In this document: in pieces, positions 9,442 to 20,600 of the stretch | How the letters are laid out: every line of letters begins with the position of its first letter | Numbering within the stretch: the stretch's first letter is position 1 | Assembly: GCA_040289515.1 (NCBI GenBank) | Contig: PSLI01000002.1 | Location: 1-64,000 of the forward strand | Direction of reading: 5' to 3' | Length of the DNA stretch: 64,000 nucleotides | Origin: Candidatus Sysuimicrobiota bacterium | GTDB lineage: Bacteria > Sysuimicrobiota > Sysuimicrobiia > Sysuimicrobiales > Sysuimicrobiaceae | The notes under the pieces: model-generated | Databases searched by the model: none | Seen by the model: only the letters and a program-made list of their open reading frames with translations | What the model was told of the DNA's origin: nothing | Translations under genes and position numbers: made by a program

Positions 9442-11589
9442 TTGATCCGGGTGGATGACCTGCTGGGTACGCTGAACCCACAGCAACAGGAGGCGGTCAC
9501 CCACCGTCAGGGGCCGGCCCTGGTACTGGCCGGAGCCGGGTCCGGGAAGACCCGGGTGCTGGCGTACCGGGTGGCGTACCTGGTGCGAGCCCTGCAGGTG
9601 AGCCCGGACCGCATCCTGGCCGTGACCTTCACCAACAAGGCCGCGGAGGAGATGCGCCAGCGGGTGGCCTCCCTGCTGGGCGAGCCCGTAGCGCGCAGGG
9701 TGTGGATGGGGACCTTCCACCGGGCCTGCGCGCGGATTCTGCGGGCCCACGGGGACCGGGTGGGGCTACCCCGGCACTTCACCATCTACGACGAGGAGGA
9801 CCAGCGCCAGGTGATGCGGGAGGTGCTGCGGGAGCTGGGGGTGGACGAGCGACGCTACCCACCGGCGGCGTTGCGGAGCGGGGTGTCCGCGGCCAAGAAC
9901 GACGGGGTAGACCTGCCGGCGTACGAGGCCCGGGCCACCACCCCCTTCGAGCGGGTGGTGGCCGCCTGCTGGCGCGCCTACCAGCGGGTGTTGGCACAGC
10001 GGGGCGCGGTGGACTTTGACGACCTCCTGCTGGAGACCTGGCGCCTGCTGGAGCAGGACCCAGACTTGCGCGCGCACTACCAGGAGCGTTTCCGGCACGT
10101 CCTGGTGGACGAGTACCAGGACACCAACCCCATCCAGTTCCGGATCCTGGCCCGGTTGTGCGAGCGCCACCGGAACCTGTTCGTGGTGGGGGATGTGGAC
10201 CAGGCCATCTACGGGTGGCGCGGCGCAGACGTACGCAACATCCTGGAGTTCGAGCGGGACTTCCCCGATGCGCGGGTGTTGCCCCTGGAGCAGAACTACC
10301 GCTCCACCCGGACCATCCTGCGGGCTGCGGAGCACCTCATCCAGCACAACCCCCGCCGTTACCCCAAGCACCTGTGGACGCAGAACGCTGCGGGGCAGCC
10401 CCTGGTGGTGTACGCGGCCTCCGACGAGCACGCGGAGGCGCGCTTCGTGGCCGAACAGGTGCTGCGCCTGCAGAAGGAGGGAGTCGGGCTGCGGGACTGC
10501 GCCGTCCTGTACCGGATGAACGCCATGTCCCGTCAGTTCGAGGAGGCGTTCCTGAGCGCGGGCATCCCTTACCAGGTGGTGGGATCCGTGCGCTTCTACG
10601 AGCGCAAGGAGGTGAAGGACGTCGTCGCCTACCTGCAGCTGCTGGTGAACCCTCAGGACGACCTGAGCCTCCTGCGGGCCCTGCAAGCTCCCCGCCGGGG
10701 ATTGGGGGAAGCCAGCGTGCAGAAGCTGCGGGCGTACGCGGCCTCCGCGGGGACCAGCCTGTGGGAGGCCCTGCAGCGGGCGGGGGAAGCCCCCGGCCTG
10801 GGGGCCGCGGCACGGCGCGCCGCAGCCGACTTCGTGGAGCTGATCCGGGCCCTGCAGGCGCGCGCGGCGCAGGGGAGGGCAGAGGAGCTGGTGGAGGAGG
10901 TCCTGGAGCGCACGGGCTACCGGGCAAGCCTGGAGGAGCAGGGCACCGAGGAGGCGGCCTCGCGTCTGGAAAACGTGCGCGAGCTGGTGACGGTAGCCCA
11001 GGAGTACCAGGCGGCCACCGGGGACGCGAGTCTGGCCGGATTCCTGGAGCACCTGTCTTTGACCGCGGATGTGGACATCTACGACCGCACCGCAGAACGT
11101 GTGGTGCTCATGACCCTGCACGCGGCCAAGGGCCTGGAGTTCCGGGTGGTGTTCCTGTGCGGGCTGGAGGAGGGGCTGCTGCCGCACGCACGTTCGCTGG
11201 ACGACCCCCGGCAGCTGGAGGAAGAACGGCGCCTGGTGTATGTGGGCCTCACCCGGGCCCAGGAGCGTGTGTTCCTGACCTACGCGCAAATGCGGAGCTT
11301 GGCAGGCCGTACCACGGCCAACGTCCCCTCCCGGTTCCTGGAGGAGATACCGGAGGAGGTGGTGGAGCGGGTACAGGGCCCGCGGCCGTGGGAAGCACCG
11401 CCTTCAGCGCCCCCGCGGGCGATCCCGACCCTGTCGGTGGGGGACCTGGTGCACCACCGCCACTTCGGCACCGGCCGCGTGCTGCAGGTGGAGGGCGAAG
11501 GGGAGCGGGCGGTGGCCACCGTGCACTTCCAGCAGGTGGGAACAAAGCGGCTGGCCCTGGGGTACGCGCCCCTGGAGCGGGTGGGCTGA
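9442..11589 (+). CDS. pcrA: ATP-dependent DNA helicase PcrA/UvrD
   Basis: AGAGSGKT, VDEYQDTN, NYRST, TLHAAKGLEF, EERRLVYVG; C-terminal Tudor-like domain. Confidence 0.95.
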   Translation: MIRVDDLLGTLNPQQQEAVTHRQGPALVLAGAGSGKTRVLAYRVAYLVRALQVSPDRILAVTFTNKAAEEMRQRVASLLGEPVARRVWMGTFHRACARILRAHGDRVGLPRHFTIYDEEDQRQVMREVLRELGVDERRYPPAALRSGVSAAKNDGVDLPAYEARATTPFERVVAACWRAYQRVLAQRGAVDFDDLLLETWRLLEQDPDLRAHYQERFRHVLVDEYQDTNPIQFRILARLCERHRNLFVVGDVDQAIYGWRGADVRNILEFERDFPDARVLPLEQNYRSTRTILRAAEHLIQHNPRRYPKHLWTQNAAGQPLVVYAASDEHAEARFVAEQVLRLQKEGVGLRDCAVLYRMNAMSRQFEEAFLSAGIPYQVVGSVRFYERKEVKDVVAYLQLLVNPQDDLSLLRALQAPRRGLGEASVQKLRAYAASAGTSLWEALQRAGEAPGLGAAARRAAADFVELIRALQARAAQGRAEELVEEVLERTGYRASLEEQGTEEAASRLENVRELVTVAQEYQAATGDASLAGFLEHLSLTADVDIYDRTAERVVLMTLHAAKGLEFRVVFLCGLEEGLLPHARSLDDPRQLEEERRLVYVGLTRAQERVFLTYAQMRSLAGRTTANVPSRFLEEIPEEVVERVQGPRPWEAPPSAPPRAIPTLSVGDLVHHRHFGTGRVLQVEGEGERAVATVHFQQVGTKRLALGYAPLERVG

Positions 11590-11667
11590 CCCCGGGCAGG
11601 AAGCGGTGCGGCCGTGTCGTATGTCCACAGGGGTAGATGCCAATCCGTCCTGAAGGAGGGAGCGGTC

Positions 11668-13356
11668 ATGCGGGATGAGAGGCGGTGGGTGATCCTGGCC
11701 TTGGGGCTCGTCCTGATGGTGCCTGGGTGGGTGCTTGCGTCTCCGGCCCCGGCGGCGGGTCCGGACACGGTGGTCATCGGAACGCAGCAGGAGCCGGCGG
11801 TGATCGCCCTGGGCATCTGCGACGCGTGCACCATGTTCGTGGCCACCATGGTCTCCCAGCCCCTGCTGCTCCCTACGGTGGAGATGACGGACGAGTGGAA
11901 GTACCAGCCGGTGGCCGTGGAGAAGATGCCGAACTTGAAGGACGGGGACTGGAAGCTCCTTCCCAACAACAAGATGCAGGTCACCTGGCGCATCCGCCGG
12001 GGCCTGCGGTGGCACGACGGGCGCAGCCTCACCGCGGAGGACTGGATCTTCGCGTGGCGGGTGAACAGGAACCCGCGCTTCCCCTCCGCGGGGCGCGACG
12101 TGTCGGAGCGGGTGGAGAACATCTTCGCCCCCAACCCCTACACCATGGTGGTTCAGTGGAAGCGGAAGTACGCCTTCGCGGACCTCAACCCGAACGGGGC
12201 CGGCTACCTGCCCCGCCACATCCTGGGTCCCGCCTACCAGCGGGATCCCTCGCGCCTGCCGCAGCAGCCCTGGGGAACCTCCGAGCAGACGGTGGGCACG
12301 GGGCCGTACCGCATCGTGGAATGGCGGCGGGGCTCCCACATCACCCTGGAGCGGTGGGACCAGTTCCCCTACGAGGTGGTGGGAGGGTCGTACCGAAGCC
12401 GCGCCCAGGTGCGCCGCATCGTGTTCCGGTTCGTGCCCGACACCAGCACCCAGATCGCCAACGTCCTGGCGGGCTCCGTGGACGCCTTCGACGAGACCGC
12501 CATCCCCTTCGTGCAGGGCCTGGAGCTGGAGAAGCGGATGCAGCGGGAGGGCCGGCGGGACTGGGCCCTGAGGTCGGAGCCGGGGCTGGTGTGGGAACAC
12601 ATCGACCTGAACCTGGACAACGTGCACCTGCGGGACAAGCGGGTGCGGCAGGCGCTGCTGTACGGGATCAACCGGGAGCAGATGGTGCAGGCCCTGTTTG
12701 AGGGCAAGCAGCCCGTGGCGCACCAGGTGTTCCCGCCCAAGCACTACGGGTACAACCCCCAGGTGCGCCGGTACGGCTACGACCCGGCCCGGGCCCGGCA
12801 GCTCCTGCAGGAAGCGGGCTACACCCCGGGGCCGGACGGCATCCTGCAGAAAGGCGGGCAGCGGCTGTCCTTGACCTTCATGACCACGGCGGGCAACCGC
12901 GTGCGGGAGCAGGTGCAGCAGATCATCCAGCAGCAGCTGCGGGAGATCGGGGTGGAGATCCGCATCCAGAACCAGCCCGCCCGGGTGTACTTCGGCCAGA
13001 CTTTGCCCAGCCGGCAGTTCGAGATGGCCATGTACGCGTGGGTGTTCGGCCCCACGGATGACTGCGAGGGCCTGTACACGGCAGACACCCTGCCGCCCAG
13101 CGGCCAGAACTACCCCGGCTGGAAGCACGAGGAGGTCACCCGGATCTGCCACGCGGTGCCGGAGGAGCTGGACCGCGAGCGGCGGGCGCAGATGCTGCGG
13201 CGGTTCTCGGAGATCTTCGTGGAGGAGATCCCGGTGATCCCCCTCTACTACCGGGCGGACTACACGGGACACAAGGCCAGCCTGCAGAACTGGAAGCCCA
13301 CGGGCGCGGATGTGCCCGTGACGTGGAACGCGACCCAGTGGCGGTGGGCCCGGTAG
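11668..13356 (+). CDS. Peptide/nickel ABC transporter substrate-binding protein (family 5)
   Basis: Signal peptide; WHDG, GTGPY, VRQAL motifs; upstream of opp/dpp-type permeases. Confidence 0.92.
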   Translation: MRDERRWVILALGLVLMVPGWVLASPAPAAGPDTVVIGTQQEPAVIALGICDACTMFVATMVSQPLLLPTVEMTDEWKYQPVAVEKMPNLKDGDWKLLPNNKMQVTWRIRRGLRWHDGRSLTAEDWIFAWRVNRNPRFPSAGRDVSERVENIFAPNPYTMVVQWKRKYAFADLNPNGAGYLPRHILGPAYQRDPSRLPQQPWGTSEQTVGTGPYRIVEWRRGSHITLERWDQFPYEVVGGSYRSRAQVRRIVFRFVPDTSTQIANVLAGSVDAFDETAIPFVQGLELEKRMQREGRRDWALRSEPGLVWEHIDLNLDNVHLRDKRVRQALLYGINREQMVQALFEGKQPVAHQVFPPKHYGYNPQVRRYGYDPARARQLLQEAGYTPGPDGILQKGGQRLSLTFMTTAGNRVREQVQQIIQQQLREIGVEIRIQNQPARVYFGQTLPSRQFEMAMYAWVFGPTDDCEGLYTADTLPPSGQNYPGWKHEEVTRICHAVPEELDRERRAQMLRRFSEIFVEEIPVIPLYYRADYTGHKASLQNWKPTGADVPVTWNATQWRWAR

Positions 13357-13415
13357 GCACGGGGGTTCCCGTGCGGGGCCGGGAGGAGCCCACAGGGCGC
13401 CTCCCGGCCCGTTTC
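13357..13415 (+). terminator. Intergenic double stem-loop after SBP gene (mRNA stabiliser or partial terminator)
   Basis: GCACGGG/CCCGTGC and GGGCCGGGAGG/CCTCCCGGCCC hairpins followed by GTTT. Confidence 0.55.
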
Positions 13416-13445
13416 GTGGACGGCCGGGGAGGGTGAACGGACCGT

Positions 13446-14411
13446 ATGGCCGCGTACCTGGTGCGTCGCCTCCTGCAGATGATCCCGCTGGTGTTCGGGA
13501 TCTCCGTGATCGTGTTCCTGGTGCTGGTGATGGCGCCCGGGGACCCGGTGGACCTGCTGCTGGCGGGCAACCCCAAGGTGCGGGCGGAGGACATCCAGGC
13601 CCTGCGAAAGATCTACGGCCTGGACGATCCCCTTCACGTGCGGTACGTGAAGTGGCTGTGGAACGCCCTGCAGGGCGACTTCGGCTACTCCCGCACCTAC
13701 AAGGTCCCCGTGCTGGAGCTGGTGTGGGACCGGGTGGCCAACTCCATGTGGCTGACCCTCCCCTCCTTCCTCCTGGCGCTGGCGGTAGCGATACCCGTGG
13801 GCGTAACTTCCGCCCTGCGCCAGTACTCGGCCCTGGACTACGCAGCGACCTTCTTCACCTTCTTCGGCGTTTCCATCCCCGCCTTCTGGTTCGGCATCAT
13901 GATGATCTACCTGTTCGCGGTGGTTCTGCGGGTTCTCCCGCCCGGCGGCTTCGCGACCCCGGGAGTGCCCCCGGGATGGCCCGCCCTGATGGACCGGCTG
14001 CGGTACGTGATCCTGCCCGTGGTGGTGCTCGCGCTGTTGCAGATGGCGGCGCTCACCCGCTACACGCGCAGCAGCATGCTGGAGGTGATCCGCCAGGACT
14101 ACGTACGCACCGCGCGGGCCAAAGGGCTCCCCGAGGGGGTGGTCATCGGCAAGCACGCCCTGCGCAACGCCTTGATTCCCATCGTCACCATCCTGGCCCT
14201 GGGGATTCCCAGCCTGTTCGCAGGAGCACCCCTCACGGAGACGGTGTTTGCCTGGCCGGGGATTGGCCGGCTCATCGTGGAGTCCGTGGGCGGGGGCGAT
14301 TACGCGACCGCGCAGGTGGCGCTGCTGTTTTTGGCGGTGCTGGTGCTGGTATTTAATCTCCTGGCGGACCTGGCGTACGCCCTGCTGGATCCCCGCATCC
14401 GGTACGACTAG
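13446..14411 (+). CDS. Peptide ABC transporter permease (OppB/DppB-like)
   Basis: PGDP, DYVRTARAKGL, HALRNAL, LDPRI. Confidence 0.95.
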   Translation: MAAYLVRRLLQMIPLVFGISVIVFLVLVMAPGDPVDLLLAGNPKVRAEDIQALRKIYGLDDPLHVRYVKWLWNALQGDFGYSRTYKVPVLELVWDRVANSMWLTLPSFLLALAVAIPVGVTSALRQYSALDYAATFFTFFGVSIPAFWFGIMMIYLFAVVLRVLPPGGFATPGVPPGWPALMDRLRYVILPVVVLALLQMAALTRYTRSSMLEVIRQDYVRTARAKGLPEGVVIGKHALRNALIPIVTILALGIPSLFAGAPLTETVFAWPGIGRLIVESVGGGDYATAQVALLFLAVLVLVFNLLADLAYALLDPRIRYD

Positions 14412-14422
14412 GGAGCGGGGCG

Positions 14423-15346
14423 GTGGCGGGTCGGCTGTCCACGGAAACGAACGCCGCGGCCGCCCAGGCTGCTGCAGGGCCGGCCCGCACCTGGGCCACA
14501 GGCCAGAGCTACTGGCAGCTCGCCTGGCGGCGGCTGCGCCGCCACCGCCTGGCCATGGCGGGCGGTGGGGTGGTGCTGGTGTTGATGGTCGCCTCCGCCC
14601 TCAGCCCCTGGATCGCGCCGTACCCCCCCACCCACATCGACCTGGCCAACCGCATGAGCCCGCCGTCCGGGCGGCACCCCCTGGGCACCGACGAGCTGGG
14701 CCATGACGTGCTCACGCGGCTTCTGTACGCGGGCCGGGTGTCCCTGACCGTGGGCTTCAGCGCCGCGCTGGCATCGGCCTTGCTCGGGACCGTGGTGGGG
14801 CTTGTCTCGGGGTTCTACGGGGGTTGGCTGGACAACGTCCTGATGCGGTTCGTGGACATCATGCTGTCGATTCCGGACCTACCCATTCTCATCATCCTGG
14901 CCCGCTACTTCGGCGGCAGTCTTCTGGGGATCGTGCTGGTCATCACCGTCTTCGGGTGGATGGGCACCGCGCGGCTGGTGCGGGGGGAGGTCCTCCAGCT
15001 CAAGAACACCGACTTCGTGGAGGCCGCCCGGGCCCTGGGAGCCTCGCCCGGCCGCATCATGTTCCGCCACCTGATCCCCAACGCCCTCGCGCCCGTCATC
15101 GTGGCGGCCACCCTGGCGGTGGGGAGTGCCATCCTCACGGAGGCGGCCCTGTCCTACCTGGGTTTCGGGATCCAGCCCCCCACGCCCTCGTGGGGAAACA
15201 TGCTCCAGAACGCTCAGGACTTCATCTGGCGCACACCCTTGCTGGCCTTCTGGCCGGGCCTCATGATTTTCTTGACCGTGCTGGCTTTCAACTTCTTCGG
15301 GGACGGGCTGCGGGACGCCCTGGACCCGCGCCTGCGGACCGGGTAG
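14423..15346 (+). CDS. Peptide ABC transporter permease (OppC/DppC-like)
   Basis: [27 protein letters not shown]. Confidence 0.95.
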   Translation: MAGRLSTETNAAAAQAAAGPARTWATGQSYWQLAWRRLRRHRLAMAGGGVVLVLMVASALSPWIAPYPPTHIDLANRMSPPSGRHPLGTDELGHDVLTRLLYAGRVSLTVGFSAALASALLGTVVGLVSGFYGGWLDNVLMRFVDIMLSIPDLPILIILARYFGGSLLGIVLVITVFGWMGTARLVRGEVLQLKNTDFVEAARALGASPGRIMFRHLIPNALAPVIVAATLAVGSAILTEAALSYLGFGIQPPTPSWGNMLQNAQDFIWRTPLLAFWPGLMIFLTVLAFNFFGDGLRDALDPRLRTG

Positions 15347-15360
15347 GAGGTGGAGGAGCG

Positions 15361-16398
15361 TTGTCGGAGCCGCTGCTATCGGTGCGCAACCTGCGGACGT
15401 ACTTCTACACCGACGAGGGCGTGGTGAAGGCGGTGGACGGCCTGAGCTACGACCTCTTCCCGGGCCAGACCCTGGGCATCGTGGGGGAGAGCGGGAGCGG
15501 CAAGAGCGTGCACGCCCTCTCGATCCTGCGCCTGGTCCCCAGCCCCCCGGGCAAGATCGTGGAGGGCCAGATCCGGTTCGAAGGGCAGGACCTGCTCCAG
15601 CTGACGGAGGAGCAGATGCGCCACATCCGGGGCAACCGGATCGCCATGATCTTCCAGGAGCCCATGACTTCCCTGAACCCCGTGCTCACCGTGGGCGAGC
15701 AGATCGCGGAGGCGGTGAGGGTGCACCAGGGCCTGGACCGCCGGGCCGCGTGGGAGCGGGCGGTGGAGATGCTGGACCGGGTCAAGATCCCCTCGGCCCG
15801 GGGGCGGGCGCGGGACTACCCGCACCAGTTCAGCGGGGGCATGCGGCAGCGGGTCATGATCGCCATGGCCCTGTCCTGCAACCCCGCCGTCCTCATCGCG
15901 GACGAGCCGACCACCGCCCTGGACGTGACCATCCAGGCCCAGATTCTGGACCTCATGCGGGAGCTGCAGCGGGAGTTCGGCACCGCCATCGTCCTCATCA
16001 CCCACAACCTGGGGGTGGTGGCGGAGATGTGTGACCGGGTGGTGGTCATGTACGCGGGCCGGCCCGTGGAGTACGCGGACGTGGTGCGCATCTTCAAGGA
16101 GCCCAAGCACCCCTACACCTGGGGGCTGCTGAACTCGGTCCCGAAGCTGTCCGAGCGGGCGGAGCGCCTGGTGCCCATCGAGGGGCAACCCCCCAGCCTC
16201 ATCGACCTGCCGCCCGGCTGCGCGTTCGCGCCCCGGTGCCCGTTCGCCCTGGAGGTGTGCACCACCGCGGACCCGCCCGAGTACCCCGTGGGGTCGGACC
16301 ACACCGCCCGCTGCTACCTGTACAGCGAGCACGCCACTCCCGAGGACCGACGGGTGGCGGAGCAGGCAGGGCTGCTGGCCAGCACCCGGGGCGTGTGA
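15361..16398 (+). CDS. Peptide ABC transporter ATPase (OppD-like)
   Basis: [25 protein letters not shown]-terminal Cys cluster; GGAGG + TTG start. Confidence 0.95.
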   Translation: MSEPLLSVRNLRTYFYTDEGVVKAVDGLSYDLFPGQTLGIVGESGSGKSVHALSILRLVPSPPGKIVEGQIRFEGQDLLQLTEEQMRHIRGNRIAMIFQEPMTSLNPVLTVGEQIAEAVRVHQGLDRRAAWERAVEMLDRVKIPSARGRARDYPHQFSGGMRQRVMIAMALSCNPAVLIADEPTTALDVTIQAQILDLMRELQREFGTAIVLITHNLGVVAEMCDRVVVMYAGRPVEYADVVRIFKEPKHPYTWGLLNSVPKLSERAERLVPIEGQPPSLIDLPPGCAFAPRCPFALEVCTTADPPEYPVGSDHTARCYLYSEHATPEDRRVAEQAGLLASTRGV

Positions 16399-16407
16399 GG
16401 AGGCGTT

Positions 16408-17463
16408 ATGACGAGGGACGTCATTCTGGAGGTGCGGGACCTGGTGAAGCACTTCCCTGTCACCAAGGGGTTCCTGTTCCAGCGCACAGTGGGCGCGGTA
16501 CGGGCGGTGGATGGGGTTTCCTTCACGGTACGGGAAGGGGAGACCCTGGGGCTGGTGGGGGAGAGCGGGTGCGGCAAGACCACCACCGGCCGCCTCATCC
16601 TCCGGCTCATGGAGCCCACTTCGGGGGAGGTGCTGTTCCAGGGGCGCAACGTGTTCCGGCTAAACCGGGAGGAGCTGCGGCGCCTGCGGCGCGACATGCA
16701 GATCATCTTCCAGGACCCGTACTCGTCCCTGAACCCCCGCATGACCGTGGGCGACATCGTGGGCGAGCCGTTGGAGATCCACGGCCTTGCCCGGGGACGG
16801 GAGAAGGTGCGGCGGGTGCAGGAGCTCCTGGAGATCGTGGGGCTGTCTCCTTACCACGTGAACCGCTACCCGCACGAGTTCAGTGGGGGCCAGCGGCAGC
16901 GCATCGGGATCGCCCGGGCGCTGGCGGTGAACCCCAAGCTGGTGATCTGTGACGAGCCGGTTTCCGCCCTGGACGTGTCCATCCAGGCCCAGGTCATCAA
17001 CCTGCTGCAGGAGCTGCAGCGGGAGTTCCACCTCACCTACGTGTTTATCGCCCACGACCTGTCCGTGGTCAAGCACATCTCGGACCGCATCGCGGTCATG
17101 TACCTGGGCAAGATCGTGGAGTTGGCGCCCGCGGACCAGCTGTTCGAGAACCCGCAGCACCCGTACACGGAGGCCCTGCTGTCCGCGGTTCCCCTCCCGG
17201 ACCCGGAGGTGAAGCGGGAGCGCATCATCCTCCCCGGCGACGTCCCCAGCCCCGTGAACCCGCCTGCGGGCTGCCGGTTCCACACGCGGTGCATGTACGC
17301 GGTGGACACCTGCCGCACCCAGGAGCCGCCCCTGGAGGAGGTGTTCCCCGGACACTGGGTGGCCTGTCCGGTCTTGCCGTTCCGGCACCAGCGCAGCCGG
17401 GCTGCGGTGGTGCCCCCCAGCTCCGCGCAGGCTTCTACGGCCATCAGGGAGGCCTCGGGCTGA
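16408..17463 (+). CDS. Peptide ABC transporter ATPase (OppF-like)
   Basis: [32 protein letters not shown]. Confidence 0.95.
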   Translation: MTRDVILEVRDLVKHFPVTKGFLFQRTVGAVRAVDGVSFTVREGETLGLVGESGCGKTTTGRLILRLMEPTSGEVLFQGRNVFRLNREELRRLRRDMQIIFQDPYSSLNPRMTVGDIVGEPLEIHGLARGREKVRRVQELLEIVGLSPYHVNRYPHEFSGGQRQRIGIARALAVNPKLVICDEPVSALDVSIQAQVINLLQELQREFHLTYVFIAHDLSVVKHISDRIAVMYLGKIVELAPADQLFENPQHPYTEALLSAVPLPDPEVKRERIILPGDVPSPVNPPAGCRFHTRCMYAVDTCRTQEPPLEEVFPGHWVACPVLPFRHQRSRAAVVPPSSAQASTAIREASG

Positions 17464-18850
17464 AAGCGCCGCAGCGTACCAGAGCGAAGGTCCGCAGGGC
17501 TTGCTGCGGGCCCGGATAGGCCACCTTCCCCACGGGCTGCGGATCCCGGCACCAGGCGGCGTAGCCCCCCGGCGGGGGGTCGCGCGTGTCGTGTATGAAC
17601 AGGGCGGGCTGGCCGTTGTACCGCCGCAGGGGGCTCCACTGGTCGAAGGTGTGGGGGCCGGGCAGCACCGCCACCGGGACGCGTTCCCGTAGCGCATAGC
17701 TGAGCTGGCCCGCCTGCTGGTATGTGGTGGTAACCACCACCGCGGGCGCGTGGTGCAGCACCTCCTGGGCCACCCGGTCCCAGCCGCGCTGGTCGGCCAG
17801 CAAAGCGGGGTTCCACAGGACGGCCACGGCCAGGGCTACCACCACCGCAGACTGCGCAGCACCGGCGGCCGTGGCCAGGCGCATCCAGCGCGCTGTGCGG
17901 CCTTCCGGCCATGCTGCCAGACACGGGACGCCCAGTAGGGCCGCGGGCGCGAGGTAGTGGGGCTTAAACTTCCCCGCTAGAGCACCCACCAGGCTCACCA
18001 CGAGGGTGGGGACCACCAGGGCCCGCAGGAAGCGTTCCGCAGGGCCGGTCTTCCGCCAGGGGGCCACCAGCAGCAGCACGCCCAGCAGGGGAGAAAGGTA
18101 CAGCAGCACGCCGCCCGCGGACAGCAGCAGGTTGCCAGCAGGCCCGGCCTGTACCCACGGGCCGCGCTCTACCACGAACCGGAAGGCCTGCCAGCCGTTG
18201 TGCGCGTTCCACACGACGTTGGGCAAAAACAGGGCTGCTGCGAGGGCTGCCGCCCCGTACGGCTCCGGACGTCGTCGCAGTTCGGGGTCCTGCAGCACCC
18301 ACAGCGCCAGCGGGGGAACCAAGAAGGCCATGCTGTACTTGCTCTGCATCCCCAGCCCCACGGCCATCCCTACACCCCACCACGCGCCATGTTGGCCCTG
18401 CAGGGCGCGCCACGCGGCCCAGGTGGCCACGGCCCACAGGAAGGCCAAGGGTGCGTCCGGGGAGGCGATCACGCCTCCGGCCACGAACAGGGGCACGCTG
18501 TGGAACAACCCCGGGCTGCGGCGCGCCGCCTGCGCACCGTACAGCTCGCGGGTGAGGTGGAACACCACCCATGCGGTGGCCGCTGCCAGAAGGAAGCTGG
18601 GGACCCGTACGGCCCATGGGGCGTCTCCCAGCAACCGTGTGGATGTCGCCACGAGCACCGCCACCGCGGGCGGGTGGTCCAGGTAGCCCCACTGCAGGTG
18701 GCGGGACCAGGTCCAGTAGTACGCTTCGTCGTCCAGCAAAGGCAGGCTAAGGGCTGCAAGCCACCGGCCCAGGGCGGTCAAGCCGAGCCGGAACCAGGGG
18801 GACGGCGTGCGCAGGACCCGGATGGCCGTTGTCAAGATTGAGCAGCCCAC
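17444..18850 (-). CDS. ArnT/PMT-like GT-C (family 39) membrane glycosyltransferase (start uncertain)
   Basis: [19 protein letters not shown] motifs; many TM segments. Confidence 0.88.
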   Translation of the reverse strand: MGCSILTTAIRVLRTPSPWFRLGLTALGRWLAALSLPLLDDEAYYWTWSRHLQWGYLDHPPAVAVLVATSTRLLGDAPWAVRVPSFLLAAATAWVVFHLTRELYGAQAARRSPGLFHSVPLFVAGGVIASPDAPLAFLWAVATWAAWRALQGQHGAWWGVGMAVGLGMQSKYSMAFLVPPLALWVLQDPELRRRPEPYGAAALAAALFLPNVVWNAHNGWQAFRFVVERGPWVQAGPAGNLLLSAGGVLLYLSPLLGVLLLVAPWRKTGPAERFLRALVVPTLVVSLVGALAGKFKPHYLAPAALLGVPCLAAWPEGRTARWMRLATAAGAAQSAVVVALAVAVLWNPALLADQRGWDRVAQEVLHHAPAVVVTTTYQQAGQLSYALRERVPVAVLPGPHTFDQWSPLRRYNGQPALFIHDTRDPPPGGYAAWCRDPQPVGKVAYPGPQQALRTFALVRCGAFSPRPP

Positions 18851-18866
18851 AGCCGACGAGTATAAT
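18838..18866 (+). promoter_or_regulatory. sigma70 promoter for deaminase gene, overlapping an opposite-strand -10
   Basis: TTGAGC-17 nt-TATAAT; minus strand reads TATACT at 18859-18864. Confidence 0.65.
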
Positions 18867-18900
18867 CCAGGGCGACGTGGCCCACCACGTGGGGCGGGGG

Positions 18901-19905
18901 ATGGAGTCCGGGGTCACCCGGGAGGCGGTGCACGCGCTGCCGAAAGCAGAGGTGCACCTCCATTTGGAGACGTCCCTTCGCCTGCGGCGGCTGGCAGAGC
19001 AGCTGCACGCTCCGAGCCTTGTGGAGCCCTACCTGGTGAGCGACCCGCAGCGCCACGTGGGCTACGATCGTCTGCGCCGCCTGCGGTATCTCGGGCGCGC
19101 GGGCCGGATCCCCGACACCCTGTACACGCACCGCAACGTGGCCCGCATCACGTACGAGCTGTTGCGGGAGGCGGCGCTGGCCAACGTCCGCTACGTGGAG
19201 GTCCGGGTGGGAGGGCGCCGCGGGTTCGCCCTGCTGGGCATCCGCGGCATGCTGGAGGCCATGGCGGAGGGCCGGGCGCAGGCTCAGGAGGAGTTCGGGA
19301 TCCGGTGCGGTTTTCTGGTCACCCTGGTGCGGGAGCGGGGCCCGGAGCATGCCCTGGAGGTGGCGGAGATCGCCGCGTCGTGCACGGAGTGCGGGGTGGT
19401 GGGCCTGGACCTGGCTGGGGACGAGGAAAACTTCCCGCCCGCTTTGTTCGCCCGGGCCTGTCAGGTGGCGCGGGAAGCAGGGCTGGGGATCACCGTGCAC
19501 GCGGGTGAGTTCTCGGGCCCGGCATCTGTGTGGACTGCCATCTACCAGCTGGGCGCTACCCGCATCGGTCACGGCTTCCGGGCGCTGGAGGATCCGGAGC
19601 TGGTGGCCTACCTGCGGGAGCACCGCATCACCCTGGAGATCTGCCCGACCAGCAACGTGCGGCTGGGGTTGGTACCCAGCTGGAGGGAGCACCCCGTCCG
19701 TCCGCTGTACGAGGCAGGCGTGCGGGTCACCCTCAACAGCGACGACCCGCTGCTGCTGCGCACGAACCTGACCACGGAGATGTACTGCGCTGCCCGGGAA
19801 CTGGGCTTCAGCTTGGATGATCTGCAGACCATGGTGCGCTACGCGGTAGAGGGCGCCTTCGACGCCCGCGCGGCCACCGAGGCGCTGGCGGTGGCCGCGG
19901 GTTGA
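18901..19905 (+). CDS. Adenosine deaminase family amidohydrolase
   Basis: PKAEVHLHL, GLDLAGDE, HAGE, RIGHG, CPTSN, NSDDP. Confidence 0.88.
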   Translation: MESGVTREAVHALPKAEVHLHLETSLRLRRLAEQLHAPSLVEPYLVSDPQRHVGYDRLRRLRYLGRAGRIPDTLYTHRNVARITYELLREAALANVRYVEVRVGGRRGFALLGIRGMLEAMAEGRAQAQEEFGIRCGFLVTLVRERGPEHALEVAEIAASCTECGVVGLDLAGDEENFPPALFARACQVAREAGLGITVHAGEFSGPASVWTAIYQLGATRIGHGFRALEDPELVAYLREHRITLEICPTSNVRLGLVPSWREHPVRPLYEAGVRVTLNSDDPLLLRTNLTTEMYCAARELGFSLDDLQTMVRYAVEGAFDARAATEALAVAAG

Positions 19906-19939
19906 CCTGCGGAACTTTTCTCCCGCTTGACTAGTGGCC

Positions 19940-19966
19940 TAAAATAGTGACCGACTGGTCGGTCAC
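19940..19966 (+). promoter_or_regulatory. -10 box and palindromic operator (likely TetR site)
   Basis: TAAAAT (19940-45) followed by inverted repeat GTGACCGAC-TG-GTCGGTCAC (19947-66). Confidence 0.7.
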
Positions 19967-19967
19967 C

Positions 19968-20600
19968 TTGACCGTGAGACCGCAACGGACGGAGCTACCG
20001 GACACCCTCCCCCGTGCGGGGCGCAAAGAGCGGACCCGCGCCCGCATTCTGGAAGCTGCGCGTCGGGTGTTTGCCCGGTCCGGCTACCACGGCACCCTAA
20101 TGGACCAGGTGGCCCAGGAAGCCGGCCTCTCCAAGGGCGCGCTGTACGTGCACTTCCCCAGCAAGGAGGAGCTGTTCCTGGCCCTGCTGGACGCCGCCGC
20201 CGCCACCTTGGTGGACCGGCTCACCCAGGCCATCGCGGCAAGCCGTGGCGGCAGGGCGAAGGTGGCCGCCGCGCTGGAAGCGGCGGTGGTGGCCTTCGAG
20301 GAGAACGAGGATTTGACCCGGCTGTTTCTGGTGGAGTCGGTGGGCGCAAGCCCTCAGGTGGAGCAGCGGCGCTGGCAGCTGCGGGCGGCGCTGACGCAAC
20401 TGGTGCGGGCGCACCTGGACGAGGCGGTGGCGGACGGCGACCTGCCCCCGCAGGACACGGAGCTCGCGGCGCTGGCCTGGATGGGCGCGGTCAGCGAGGT
20501 GGTGACCGCGTGGCTAGCGGACCCAAGCTGGCCCCTGCGCCGGCGGGTCCCCGCGCTGACGGCGCTTCTGCTGCGGAGTGTGGGGTTCGCGGATGCCTGA
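19968..20600 (+). CDS. TetR/AcrR family regulator (start uncertain: 19947, 19968 or 19974)
   Basis: TRARILEAA...VAQEAGLSKGALYVHFPSKEELF helix-turn-helix. Confidence 0.93.
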   Translation: MTVRPQRTELPDTLPRAGRKERTRARILEAARRVFARSGYHGTLMDQVAQEAGLSKGALYVHFPSKEELFLALLDAAAATLVDRLTQAIAASRGGRAKVAAALEAAVVAFEENEDLTRLFLVESVGASPQVEQRRWQLRAALTQLVRAHLDEAVADGDLPPQDTELAALAWMGAVSEVVTAWLADPSWPLRRRVPALTALLLRSVGFADA

